A stretch of DNA of 33,824 nt. It comes from Candidatus Hermodarchaeota archaeon (GTDB lineage: Archaea > Asgardarchaeota > Lokiarchaeia > Sigyniarchaeales > SOKP01). Positions 18,001 through 26,176 of the stretch are shown piece after piece (position 1 is the stretch's first letter; every line of letters starts with the position of its first letter). Location: NCBI GenBank assembly GCA_048885535.1, contig JBHLLO010000031.1:1-33824 (forward strand), in the 5' to 3' direction. A program made the translations under genes and the position numbers. The notes under the pieces are model-generated. The model was given only the letters and a program-made list of their open reading frames with translations, searched no databases and was not told the origin of the DNA.

Positions 18001-19165
18001 TGATGAACAGCTAGCAAATCTGCATGGTAAATCAATACGTTTAACTAATATTGGTAGTGTTTATTTGATTCGAAAAAATTATCCCGAGGTTCTAAAGAAA
18101 TATAAAGAAGCTTTGGAAATAGAAGAGCAACTAGGAAATCTAACTCGAAAAGCAACAATATTGCGAAATATTGGAGCAATTTATTATGATCAAGAATTTT
18201 ATTCGGAAGCACTAAAATGGTATGAAGAAGCATATACGGGATTTTCAGAAATCGAAAATTTAGAGGGAGTGACTGATTGTTTTAATAGTATAGGATTAGT
18301 TTATAAATCTCAGGGAGACTTCAAAGAAGCTCTTAGATGGTATGAAGAAGCCTTAAAAACTGCTGAAAAAATATATGATTATGATAGAAAAGCCAATTTA
18401 CTTAACGAAGTCGGATTGATATATTATCAACGTGGCATTTATAAGGATGCAATAAAACGCTATAAACTAGCCTTAGAGATTTTTGATAAAACAGGGAATC
18501 TTATTGGCAAAACATTTAGTTTAAATAAAATTGGTTTAATATATCAAGATCAAGGTAATTATAGTGAGGCATTAAACAACTATGATAGAGCCATAAAATT
18601 CTTTAAAGTGTTAGAGGATTCAAAAGAAAAAGCAGAAAATCTATATAATAGAGCATTAATCTATCGAGATCAAGGAGCATATCTAGATGCCTTAAAGAAT
18701 TTTGAAGCTGCATTAAAAATAGATGATAAACTTTATAATTTCGAAAGAAAAGCAGAAGCTTTGAATAACATTGGATTGATCTACTTAGATGACGGAAAAT
18801 ATGATATTGCTTCAAAAAGATTTGAAGAAGCTGTAAAAATTGCCTCTCAAGTAAATAATAATAAGATGAAAGCTACATATTTGAATAACCTGACCTTAGT
18901 TTACCTAAATCAAGGAGATTATACCCAGGCATGGAAGAGTTGTAATGAAGCTCTCAAGCTTTTTGAAGAAGTTGAATCTTATGAAGGAATAGCTGATACT
19001 AATTACAAAATGGGATTGATTTATTTAGATCAAAAGAGTTATCCAGAAGCGCTAAACAGACATGAAGAAGCACTTAAAATTCTTAATGATAATCATTTAA
19101 GTAAATCTCCATTGGTTAAAGTGCTAAAGAATAATATAAAAATTATTAAAAGTAATATTAAATAA
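15098..19165 (+). CDS. SIR2-like (SIR2_2/NADase-type) domain fused to a long 40-aa TPR array
   Basis: LVFLVGAGSS, FIMTANFD, IYKIHSS and LVIFGYSG in the first ~300 aa, followed by 24-25 TPR-like units. No Walker A motif seen. Confidence 0.88.
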   Translation: MRKKLSSIKKLSSLNFSDLLGDDQKLVFLVGAGSSIDSPSLMPSAYEIMKTLIKFACVESEIEKINQIEELKFETLLEIFYETLDNELLLADLYLQNSIPNLAHFFLVEMAKRGHFIMTANFDSLIEHAMLQSEIQKRRIIPVITEKDYEKYNDPEKLYKGGKYAIYKIHSSPKNIITGEDTKTAFLNTIRLLGQNFEKSNLIQLEPFKAQLLENISNERTLVIFGYSGKNDFDIISTLKIMKNLKNLIWINHTSTDTITEEIYKIETQKEEIKKIDELDSFLLDVMQINDTINVYRMDTNTSKLLDKYLEKKDLISSEKFTFNLMGWLQENIKKPDEITKLYFSFKIYYETKRYTDSLRCLERIYRLADEAGEDLWKAVALMNMGIINQDQKNYDKALEWLKQSLQAQIKMKNIAQKVAVFKNIGIVYSNLRNFEEAHKYLMQALKANEKLKNLSTKAEILNSIGSIFQKQGNYVEALKQFEIAYKINEKLLNLKQKALNLRSMGKVYFLKENYGEALRYYNEAFQINDELDNLNDKAEILNILGYIYHLKDDSLVGLEKCNKALEIFNKLKNIDGSINSLRNIGVIYRDQWNYTKALENFEDAYQLAEENERIEKKGELSNQIGLIFQKQDKFTEALEWFEDSLGIFRGLDNLAGEVEVLKNIGLIYKDQRNFSKSLISFDKAIKIFEKLKDKKSKADYFNVMGLIHLEQRNFLETLRNFQDALDVYTELNHREGIADTLRNLGIFYQEQANFSDSLNRYNDALVIFEELGIDEKKAEILNKIGTIYQDQGDYAEAVKLFKKALEIFDQSRNLEGRIDTLHNIGLNFHYQGDDTTALENLSEAVKVCEQIGNLQKKSNCLIFVGNIYKDQWNFLEALRRFEEALIIVEQLGNLQKQLEIFNIVGKIYQTQKHYPEAIRRFQEALYVAEQIGNLEIKADVLNSIGDIYYDEESYTESLKWFEDALKIDEQLANLHGKSIRLTNIGSVYLIRKNYPEVLKKYKEALEIEEQLGNLTRKATILRNIGAIYYDQEFYSEALKWYEEAYTGFSEIENLEGVTDCFNSIGLVYKSQGDFKEALRWYEEALKTAEKIYDYDRKANLLNEVGLIYYQRGIYKDAIKRYKLALEIFDKTGNLIGKTFSLNKIGLIYQDQGNYSEALNNYDRAIKFFKVLEDSKEKAENLYNRALIYRDQGAYLDALKNFEAALKIDDKLYNFERKAEALNNIGLIYLDDGKYDIASKRFEEAVKIASQVNNNKMKATYLNNLTLVYLNQGDYTQAWKSCNEALKLFEEVESYEGIADTNYKMGLIYLDQKSYPEALNRHEEALKILNDNHLSKSPLVKVLKNNIKIIKSNIK
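16244..19123 (+). repeat. 24 contiguous 40-aa (120-bp) TPR-like repeats, plus one degenerate unit upstream
   Basis: Consensus N.IG.IY..Q..Y.EAL..F..AL.I...L.N...KA..L. Unit 1 (MNMG) at 16244 and unit 24 (YKMG) at 19004 are exactly 23x120 bp apart. Confidence 0.9.
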
Positions 19166-19211
19166 TTTTTTTATACATATATTCGTTTTTTCTTTGAATT
19201 TCTTATTGATT

Positions 19212-20021
19212 CTAATTATTCAGCCTTTCTTTTTTGATTGTTTTACCTATTAGTGGAAAAATCTTATCCAACAATAAATACAAGTAAGGAGCGCCCTGAT
19301 TAAATAAAATTATAGTTTCAAAAAGTAAAAATATTATCCCTGATGATCTAATACCTGTAATCAAAAGTGGAAACTCCATAAAGAAAGATCCAAGACAACC
19401 CAGAAGAAAGATATAACTTATTACTTTGAGATCTTTTGAATGAAATCTATTTGTACTATATACAACAACTACTATAAAATAGCCAATTATTAAATTTACA
19501 ATCCATATAATCATCTGTGTATCCATATGCCTAATTGTTTCAACAGTGGTATTATCTATATTAAGGAGTGTCGATAAGATTGAGGTTAATAACCATGAAC
19601 CAAAAAAAAGTACACTATACTTGATCATTTCTTTATAAAGTTTTCCTCTATAATTATCTACCATAATCCAGAACCATGAGAAAATAAATAAAGAATATGA
19701 GAATGTCATCATAAAGTCTGCTCCAAACTTTATCAGCCAAAATTCACCAACTGGATGTGGTATTTTAGTTCCTCCAATCCAATATTCCCTTATAGTTGTA
19801 CCAACAGGGTAATTAATACCCGCTGATGCATTCCACCACCATACAGCGTCTATTATATATACAAATATCCCTGTAAATATTCCAAACTTGATTGGATTCC
19901 ACTTTTTATTTTTGATTAATATAGAAATCCAAATTGTCAAAAATATTAAATCAATGTAGATATAATCATAATCAAATTTCCTTGAAGCTTCATTAAAAGA
20001 TTGGAAGAAGTTATTTAACAA
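19212..20021 (-). CDS. Hypothetical integral membrane protein (about 7 TM)
   Basis: 269 aa with repeated hydrophobic segments. TTG start preceded by AGGGA. Confidence 0.7.
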   Translation of the reverse strand: MLNNFFQSFNEASRKFDYDYIYIDLIFLTIWISILIKNKKWNPIKFGIFTGIFVYIIDAVWWWNASAGINYPVGTTIREYWIGGTKIPHPVGEFWLIKFGADFMMTFSYSLFIFSWFWIMVDNYRGKLYKEMIKYSVLFFGSWLLTSILSTLLNIDNTTVETIRHMDTQMIIWIVNLIIGYFIVVVVYSTNRFHSKDLKVISYIFLLGCLGSFFMEFPLLITGIRSSGIIFLLFETIILFNQGAPYLYLLLDKIFPLIGKTIKKERLNN

Positions 20022-20164
20022 GTGTATTCCCTAATTCATCATTTTTTTTACGCTACAATTAAATATATCAAAATGTCAAGCTTTTTAAAAGGAATGCGAT
20101 AAATAATCCAATTAAGATTAGGATTATATTTGAGTTCAATGTTTTAATATATTTAGTTTGAATA

Positions 20165-20827
20165 TTAAGGACGATTTTGTGCCATATAATTTTTAATATA
20201 ACGTTCGACTTCTTTAGCTGGCTTTATGACACCGAAGTGACCTTCACACAATATCTGAGCTTCTAAATCTAACAGTTTCTTCATTGACATTTGATAATCA
20301 TTAAGATTTGAACCAAAACTCGCCATAAATGGACCATGAATATCTTGGCCAAATAGGATTTTCATTCCTTCTATTTCAATAAATACCGAAATTGAACCAG
20401 GAGTATGACCTGGGGTGTGAATACATTGAAATTCAATTCCACCAAACTTTAATATTTCTTTATCTAATTTCAAGCGTTTTTCTAACTTGATAGGTTTATA
20501 ATTAACCCCATACCATGAAGCAGCAGTCTTATCATTATGACCTTTTTCTTCAATAGCATCAGCATCTAATTCATGGGCATAGAATTTCACAGCATTATTA
20601 TATTGTTTTAGATCAAAACAAGCAGCAATATGATCAATATGGAAATGCGTTAAAATACAGTGTTTGATATCCATTGGGTCTAAACTGAAATTACTAATAT
20701 TCTTTATAATTCGAAGATCCATTCCACAATCAATTAATACTAGACCATCGTCGCTTTTTGTGTCAACTAAAAAAACTGAACAACCAGAATCGCCCACATG
20801 ATATACATCATTAATAATTTCCTTCAA
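20165..20827 (-). CDS. MBL-fold metallo-hydrolase (glyoxalase II-like)
   Basis: LIDCG, THFHIDH, HTPGHTPGS, LFGQD, LCEGH. Confidence 0.9.
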   Translation of the reverse strand: MKEIINDVYHVGDSGCSVFLVDTKSDDGLVLIDCGMDLRIIKNISNFSLDPMDIKHCILTHFHIDHIAACFDLKQYNNAVKFYAHELDADAIEEKGHNDKTAASWYGVNYKPIKLEKRLKLDKEILKFGGIEFQCIHTPGHTPGSISVFIEIEGMKILFGQDIHGPFMASFGSNLNDYQMSMKKLLDLEAQILCEGHFGVIKPAKEVERYIKNYMAQNRP

Positions 20828-20864
20828 TTTTTATCACAAACTATTTTAGAAAATAAAATAAAAA

Positions 20865-21665
20865 TTAAGATTCCTTTGAATAAATCTTCTTATACAGCAG
20901 TAATGTTATAACTGCAGCGAAACCCGAAGAAAATAGAACATCCGAAGCATAATGAGCGCCTACAATAACTCTAGATAATCCTATAAACATACCCCATCCT
21001 AAAACCGTTATAAATACAATTATTCTAACTGAAATAGGTATTTTTTTATCTTTGATCATAATAAGAAAAGGCAAGAACATCCAGCCCATTGCAGTATGAC
21101 CACTTGGGAAGCTAAAATTTCCTGTAATGCCGAGTGGAATGAACCATCGTGTAAATTCTATGAAACTTGTTAAATCTCGAAAACGAATCCTTCCCCAAAA
21201 AACTTTTAATAATTGAACTAATAATAATGGGTTAATAATTGCTAAAAAGGATATAACTGATGCAATTTTTCTGTAATTTTTCCAATCTTTTTTCCAAGTG
21301 ATTATTAGATATAATGGAGGAACGACAATTAGACCAATTCCCAGAGAAATATCTGTGTTATCGTTGTCTAAAATTCCAAGTATTAATATTACCACCCCTG
21401 TAATCATAGCTAATATAATCAATATTTTTTGCTTTTTAATATTCTTAATATAACTCCCAAAATATGTTGCTAAAGCTATTGCTATTAACACATAACCCGG
21501 AACTTCGCCATAATCCGCACCAAAATTTCCCCAATTTGATTGTACATCAAATAATGTGGCAGAAATATCATAATCATAAACGCCAAATAGAATTGCTAAA
21601 ATAATCCATACAACCATTACTAAGATCAATAATTTAACAGAATTGGTTAATTTCATCTTATCCAA
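20865..21665 (-). CDS. PAP2-family membrane phosphatase
   Basis: KVFWGRIR (C1), SFPSGH (C2), SRVIVGAHYASD (C3), multiple TM helices. Confidence 0.9.
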   Translation of the reverse strand: MDKMKLTNSVKLLILVMVVWIILAILFGVYDYDISATLFDVQSNWGNFGADYGEVPGYVLIAIALATYFGSYIKNIKKQKILIILAMITGVVILILGILDNDNTDISLGIGLIVVPPLYLIITWKKDWKNYRKIASVISFLAIINPLLLVQLLKVFWGRIRFRDLTSFIEFTRWFIPLGITGNFSFPSGHTAMGWMFLPFLIMIKDKKIPISVRIIVFITVLGWGMFIGLSRVIVGAHYASDVLFSSGFAAVITLLLYKKIYSKES

Positions 21666-21748
21666 CTAATTTTTATTATTATCTGATATTAGATTAAAAC
21701 ATATTTAATAATTCTTATTAAAATGATTAAACTTGAGTAAATACTACT

Positions 21749-22492
21749 TTAAAAATAAAACTTCTTTCTCAGTTTTATTAAAATATCTGGATAGTCTGTA
21801 TAAATAGCGGTTACAACTTCATCACTATATTTTAAGTTTAGAGCATTTTTCATTTGTGATTTTGAATTTACTCCCCAAATATAACATTTAAATCCATTAT
21901 TAATAATTTCTTTAAAATTATCTTTAATCCGACGTCCAATTCGTATGTTTAATGCTTCAACATCTAAATCTTTTAGTTTTTCAAAATTGATTGATGATCG
22001 ATTTACTTTAACAACCCATGTTGGAATTGTATGAACCAATTTTACTTCTTCATTAAACTCTCTAACACATTTTAATATGTTTGGTCTCATATCTGTTATT
22101 GTAATTTGATTTAATTTATCAAAGAATTCCGCAACCTTAATGATTTCAAAACCAGAATTTTTGTCTCTAATATCAAAACTAAACAATAAGTGTCTATAAC
22201 TCTGATTAAAAGTTGTGAATAAATCGTGTACGGTTGGAATTGTCCTTTTATCCTTGAATTTTATACTCCGTAATTTCTCGTATGTCAGTTTTTTAATATC
22301 GTGGGAATTTGAATTGAACTTTATAAAGTAATCATGAAAACAAATAAGAACATTATCTCCTGTTAATTGAACATCAGATTCAATTCCAGCACCCATGTTG
22401 ACTGCTTTTTTAAAACATGGGATGGTATTTTCTATACAATAACCCATTGCACCTCTATGACCATATACTGCTGGAACTCTAAGATCTGTCAT
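21749..22492 (-). CDS. Glycerophosphodiester phosphodiesterase (GDPD family)
   Basis: GHRGA, ENT, GIESDVQLT, FHD, IPT, WGVN, IYTDYP. Confidence 0.9.
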   Translation of the reverse strand: MTDLRVPAVYGHRGAMGYCIENTIPCFKKAVNMGAGIESDVQLTGDNVLICFHDYFIKFNSNSHDIKKLTYEKLRSIKFKDKRTIPTVHDLFTTFNQSYRHLLFSFDIRDKNSGFEIIKVAEFFDKLNQITITDMRPNILKCVREFNEEVKLVHTIPTWVVKVNRSSINFEKLKDLDVEALNIRIGRRIKDNFKEIINNGFKCYIWGVNSKSQMKNALNLKYSDEVVTAIYTDYPDILIKLRKKFYF

Positions 22493-22582
22493 AAATAACT
22501 TAAAATCGACTGTGATATTATAAAAAGTAATTTTTATAGAAATTAAAATTTCATATCTTACTTAAAACTTTATTAGGAGTTA

Positions 22583-23422
22583 GTGAAAATGGAAAAAGCC
22601 AACGATAATATAAATGAAAAAAAATCTTTTTCTGAACGTTTAAAAAGTTACGTTAAAAATATCTTTAATTTCTCACAATATGATAAAAAAACTATTTTAT
22701 ATATTATTGTGTTTATTGCACTAGTTATATTCTCAGTTTTTCTGCTTTTTTATGCATTTTTTATTGATAGTACATTTTTATACCGTATAGTTATCGACTG
22801 GTTTGTAAATCCTATTTACTATTTAGGAATACTTGGTATTTTATTATTTATTGTTATAATGGCAATACAAGGTTTATTAATTCCAATTCCTTCTGAATTT
22901 ATTCTCATAGCGACGGGTATAATATGGGGATTGATAGGAGGTGGAATAATGGGGGTTATTGGTTCAATGTCAGCAGCAACATTATGTTACTATATTAGTA
23001 AAAGAGGAGGACGTCCATTAGCGAAAAAATTTGTGGGTGAAAAAGCTATCAATTTAGCTGATAACTTTATTCATAAATATGGAATGGGAGCGATTATAAT
23101 TGCGAGGTTTTTACCTGTTATAGCCTTCGATCCTATTAGTTATACATCTGGTTTAGTAGATATTGATTTTAAAAAGTATACTATTGGGACATTTTTAGGC
23201 TCTATTCCTAGAGCATTTTTTTTCTCTTGGTTAGGTTCAATTTTAGGTATTACTCCTCCCGTAGATTTAGGCGAACTACCTTTAGCCACGATTGAGGCAC
23301 AAGCCGCGTTTTTTAATAATATATTATTGATAATTTTAGGTTTATTGGCAATCATGTTTGCTTTATATTACCTCATAAGCTGGTACTATGGGAAAAAGAT
23401 TGATTCCAAACAAACTTCTTAA
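22583..23422 (+). CDS. TVP38/TMEM64 (VTT/DedA superfamily) membrane protein
   Basis: QGLLIPIPSE, GGRP, IIIARFLPVIAFDPISYTSG, GTFLGSIPR. Confidence 0.9.
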   Translation: MKMEKANDNINEKKSFSERLKSYVKNIFNFSQYDKKTILYIIVFIALVIFSVFLLFYAFFIDSTFLYRIVIDWFVNPIYYLGILGILLFIVIMAIQGLLIPIPSEFILIATGIIWGLIGGGIMGVIGSMSAATLCYYISKRGGRPLAKKFVGEKAINLADNFIHKYGMGAIIIARFLPVIAFDPISYTSGLVDIDFKKYTIGTFLGSIPRAFFFSWLGSILGITPPVDLGELPLATIEAQAAFFNNILLIILGLLAIMFALYYLISWYYGKKIDSKQTS

Positions 23423-23528
23423 TCCTCAGTCCTATTTTTAATTTTTAACCCTCATTTTTTTGTTCTACTTAAATGATATTATTGTGATATCATTTCCTTT
23501 TTTTACCTTTTCTATTTGAATTTGCCAT

Positions 23529-23705
23529 ATGGATAAATTAAATAATAAAGAAGAGAAATTCGAACACAATGACTCGTATTTAACTAAGCTATATAAAGAT
23601 TTAACTAATGCAATTAGCTCTAGTGATTATCAGTCAATTTGGGAACTTTCCAAGACAATTACGCGTTATCATTTTAAAAAACTAAATGACCAATACTTTG
23701 AATAA
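23529..23705 (+). CDS. Putative 58-aa small protein (not in ORF track)
   Basis: ATG 23529 to TAA 23705: MDKLNNKEEKFEHNDSYLTKLYKDLTNAISSSDYQSIWELSKTITRYHFKKLNDQYFE. Fills an otherwise empty gap and has an amphipathic-helix pattern. Confidence 0.4.
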   Translation: MDKLNNKEEKFEHNDSYLTKLYKDLTNAISSSDYQSIWELSKTITRYHFKKLNDQYFE

Positions 23706-23827
23706 CTCATCAAAAGTGAAAATTTTTGAATGGATTTTTGAAATGCTAAATTATTTATAGACACACCCTTCTAGAATATTAGAATAAATAATCATTTTAA
23801 CTAATAATACTGTTAGGGGTTTTTTAT

Positions 23828-24079
23828 TTGTATTATTGCGGGGATTATGATGATCTTTTGGAAGATTCCCTTATTGAGGAATTAGAATGGTTAAGGGAAG
23901 AATTTGAATTATTATTTAAATTTAAGAGACAACATCCTTCAATTAAAGATAAACAACTCGCAAATCAAATGATTGAAATTATTGTAAATAGAATGAAGTT
24001 CTCAGATGATAAGAGGATTAATGAAATTCTAATTGAAGCAATAGAGAAGATCGAATATAACTTTCCAGAACTTTTTTAG
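23828..24079 (+). CDS. Small acidic helical hypothetical protein
   Basis: 83 aa, TTG start after AGGGG, TTATTTATA box upstream. Confidence 0.6.
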   Translation: MYYCGDYDDLLEDSLIEELEWLREEFELLFKFKRQHPSIKDKQLANQMIEIIVNRMKFSDDKRINEILIEAIEKIEYNFPELF

Positions 24080-24183
24080 ATATTTAAATTCTTTTTTTTA
24101 AATTACCTAATCAATAATCTTAATTATATAATCTACTTCTTATTTTATAACATAACTAATTTAAATTACTTAGACTTCTGGGT

Positions 24184-25257
24184 ATGGAAAGATTAATTAT
24201 TGTGCATTGGAATAAAAGCACGGGTCCTGAACCATTAATTCAATATCCTCCTGAGAAAGAATTTCCTAAAAAAGATTTTTTTTTAAAAGTTTGGGCTCAG
24301 CATGAATTAAACAAGGAAAACTTTTTAATAGAGATAGAAGACCAAAATAAACATTATATTTCAATACTTCAAGAATTCGAAAGTGAATTGTACTTTCTTG
24401 TTCTTGTGTTAAGCGACAAGAAAAAAAAGGAAGAGGTTATATCTCCCGATATTCTCGCAATTATAGGTAAAAATTTGATTGAATTAATGAACACAAACAA
24501 AATTACTCGCGCTATATCCGAAGCGTTTAACACAATAAAGGATTATAACAAATTAGAAAGTGAGGATTTGATAAATTTTTTCCTAGACAAAATTAAATTT
24601 ACAATTTTACAAATTTTAAGAAATGGTGTAATTTCTAAAACGGAATTAACGAATCAATTAAGATTGGAATATGGATTTTCAACTGTAAATATAGACTTAC
24701 TTTTAATTTCATTTCTAAGAGAAAATTTAATCATAAAAAAAAATGTTCCAGGTAGTAAAGAATGTTACTTCCTAATCAAAGATCTCACCAGTGCGAGAGT
24801 TCCCCCGAAAAGAATTCCTGATGAAGAGAATATTGATGAAAAGGTTCTTAAAAAATATAAAAAGGAGTTTGCAAAATTCTATTCTCGTTATAATTGCAGT
24901 CAAGAATTAGAAAACAAAACAATTCTTAATTTTTTAATCGATCGTGACGTGTATCTTTTAATGAAAAATCTAAGAAATACTAATCTCTCTGTAAATGCGT
25001 GTTTAAGTTTATTGAATAATCGGCAAGATTTGTTTGATGAATTATTAGAAAAGAAAATAATATATGAAGCAAAAGGGATGGTATATTTGTTTTCTGATAT
25101 TCGATTTTTAAAGTTTTCTCCTTTTTATATCATAAAAATCTTAATTAAAAGGTACCAGAATCAAGAAATCTCTCTTAATCAATATTTAAGTCACATTGAA
25201 TTATTCTTATACGAACTTACAGATCAATCTACTTTACTCAATTATATGGTAATCTAG
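24184..25257 (+). CDS. Longin/uDENN-like N-terminal domain plus probable winged-helix domains
   Basis: N-terminal LIIVHWNKSTGPEPLIQYP is a typical longin/uDENN beta1-GP-beta2-YP start. wHTH-like segment ILQILRNGVISKTELTNQL..DLLLISFLRENLI..YFL. Confidence 0.7.
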   Translation: MERLIIVHWNKSTGPEPLIQYPPEKEFPKKDFFLKVWAQHELNKENFLIEIEDQNKHYISILQEFESELYFLVLVLSDKKKKEEVISPDILAIIGKNLIELMNTNKITRAISEAFNTIKDYNKLESEDLINFFLDKIKFTILQILRNGVISKTELTNQLRLEYGFSTVNIDLLLISFLRENLIIKKNVPGSKECYFLIKDLTSARVPPKRIPDEENIDEKVLKKYKKEFAKFYSRYNCSQELENKTILNFLIDRDVYLLMKNLRNTNLSVNACLSLLNNRQDLFDELLEKKIIYEAKGMVYLFSDIRFLKFSPFYIIKILIKRYQNQEISLNQYLSHIELFLYELTDQSTLLNYMVI

Positions 25258-25390
25258 ATTAAAGTCTTGTCTTCACTGATTATTATCATAGACTTGATAA
25301 TGAAAAAATCAAAAAGAATATATACATCTTGATTTAATTAGTATTTAATTGAATTTACAATTAAAAGTAACATACAAAATGGTGTAAATA

Positions 25391-26146
25391 TTGGTTTTAG
25401 AAATAGTCGATTATTTGCAAGGAGCTTTTAGCCTAATTTTTGTCATTATATCATTGATCATTGGATTTTCAATACTTTCAAAATATCCAAAATTTAAATC
25501 AAGGTTATATCTTCTTGTAGGGATTGCATGGATTGGAGTTGCAAATCCTTGGTTTCCAGATTCGATCAGTTTTGTTATGAATTTGATTTGGTACCAAAAT
25601 TTAAATATATATTGGTATTTTATCATTGGGAATTGTTTCATTCCATTTGCTCTCTTAGCTTGGCTAATTGCTTTTACTGATATGATTTGGAAAAAAAGAC
25701 AGAAATTAGTTGTGTCATTAACTATTATTTTGAGTATTGCTTTTGAAATAGCGTTTTTTTATCTTCTCTTCACAAATCCTGACGCTATTGGGGTTATTGG
25801 TGCACGACCGTTCACTGTTGATTTTGGAGAATTTATATTAGTATATTTAGTAATTGTTATTATTGTCATGTTTTCTACTGGAATAATATTTGCTCAAAAG
25901 TCAGTAAAGTCTGATAATAAGGAGATACGCGTTAAAGGAAAGTTATTAAGAGCAGCATTTATCATGTTTACCATAGCGGCAGTACTTGATTCAATGTTAG
26001 GTACTATTTTTGCGGATCCCAATGACCCCTTATTGGCAATAATGGTTGTAGTTGTACGAATCTTATTAATAATTAGTGCTATCGAATTTTATGGCGGATT
26101 TTTGCTTCCCAAATGGATGCATTCGATTTTTATAAGAGATAAGTAA
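25391..26146 (+). CDS. About 7-TM membrane protein, possible sensor
   Basis: 251 aa with about seven hydrophobic segments and no soluble domain. TTG start after GGTG. Confidence 0.7.
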   Translation: MVLEIVDYLQGAFSLIFVIISLIIGFSILSKYPKFKSRLYLLVGIAWIGVANPWFPDSISFVMNLIWYQNLNIYWYFIIGNCFIPFALLAWLIAFTDMIWKKRQKLVVSLTIILSIAFEIAFFYLLFTNPDAIGVIGARPFTVDFGEFILVYLVIVIIVMFSTGIIFAQKSVKSDNKEIRVKGKLLRAAFIMFTIAAVLDSMLGTIFADPNDPLLAIMVVVVRILLIISAIEFYGGFLLPKWMHSIFIRDK

Positions 26147-26176
26147 CTTTTTTAAAATTTTTATTAATTTTTTTAT

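Noticed and set aside
16244-19123. 120-bp periodicity as a CRISPR array or DNA tandem repeat
   Set aside because: The periodicity is at protein level within one ORF, DNA copies are diverged, and there is no repeat-spacer structure or cas gene.
15098-19165. Avs/STAND (NLR-like) antiviral ATPase call
   Set aside because: No Walker A/B NTPase domain lies between the SIR2-like domain and the TPRs.
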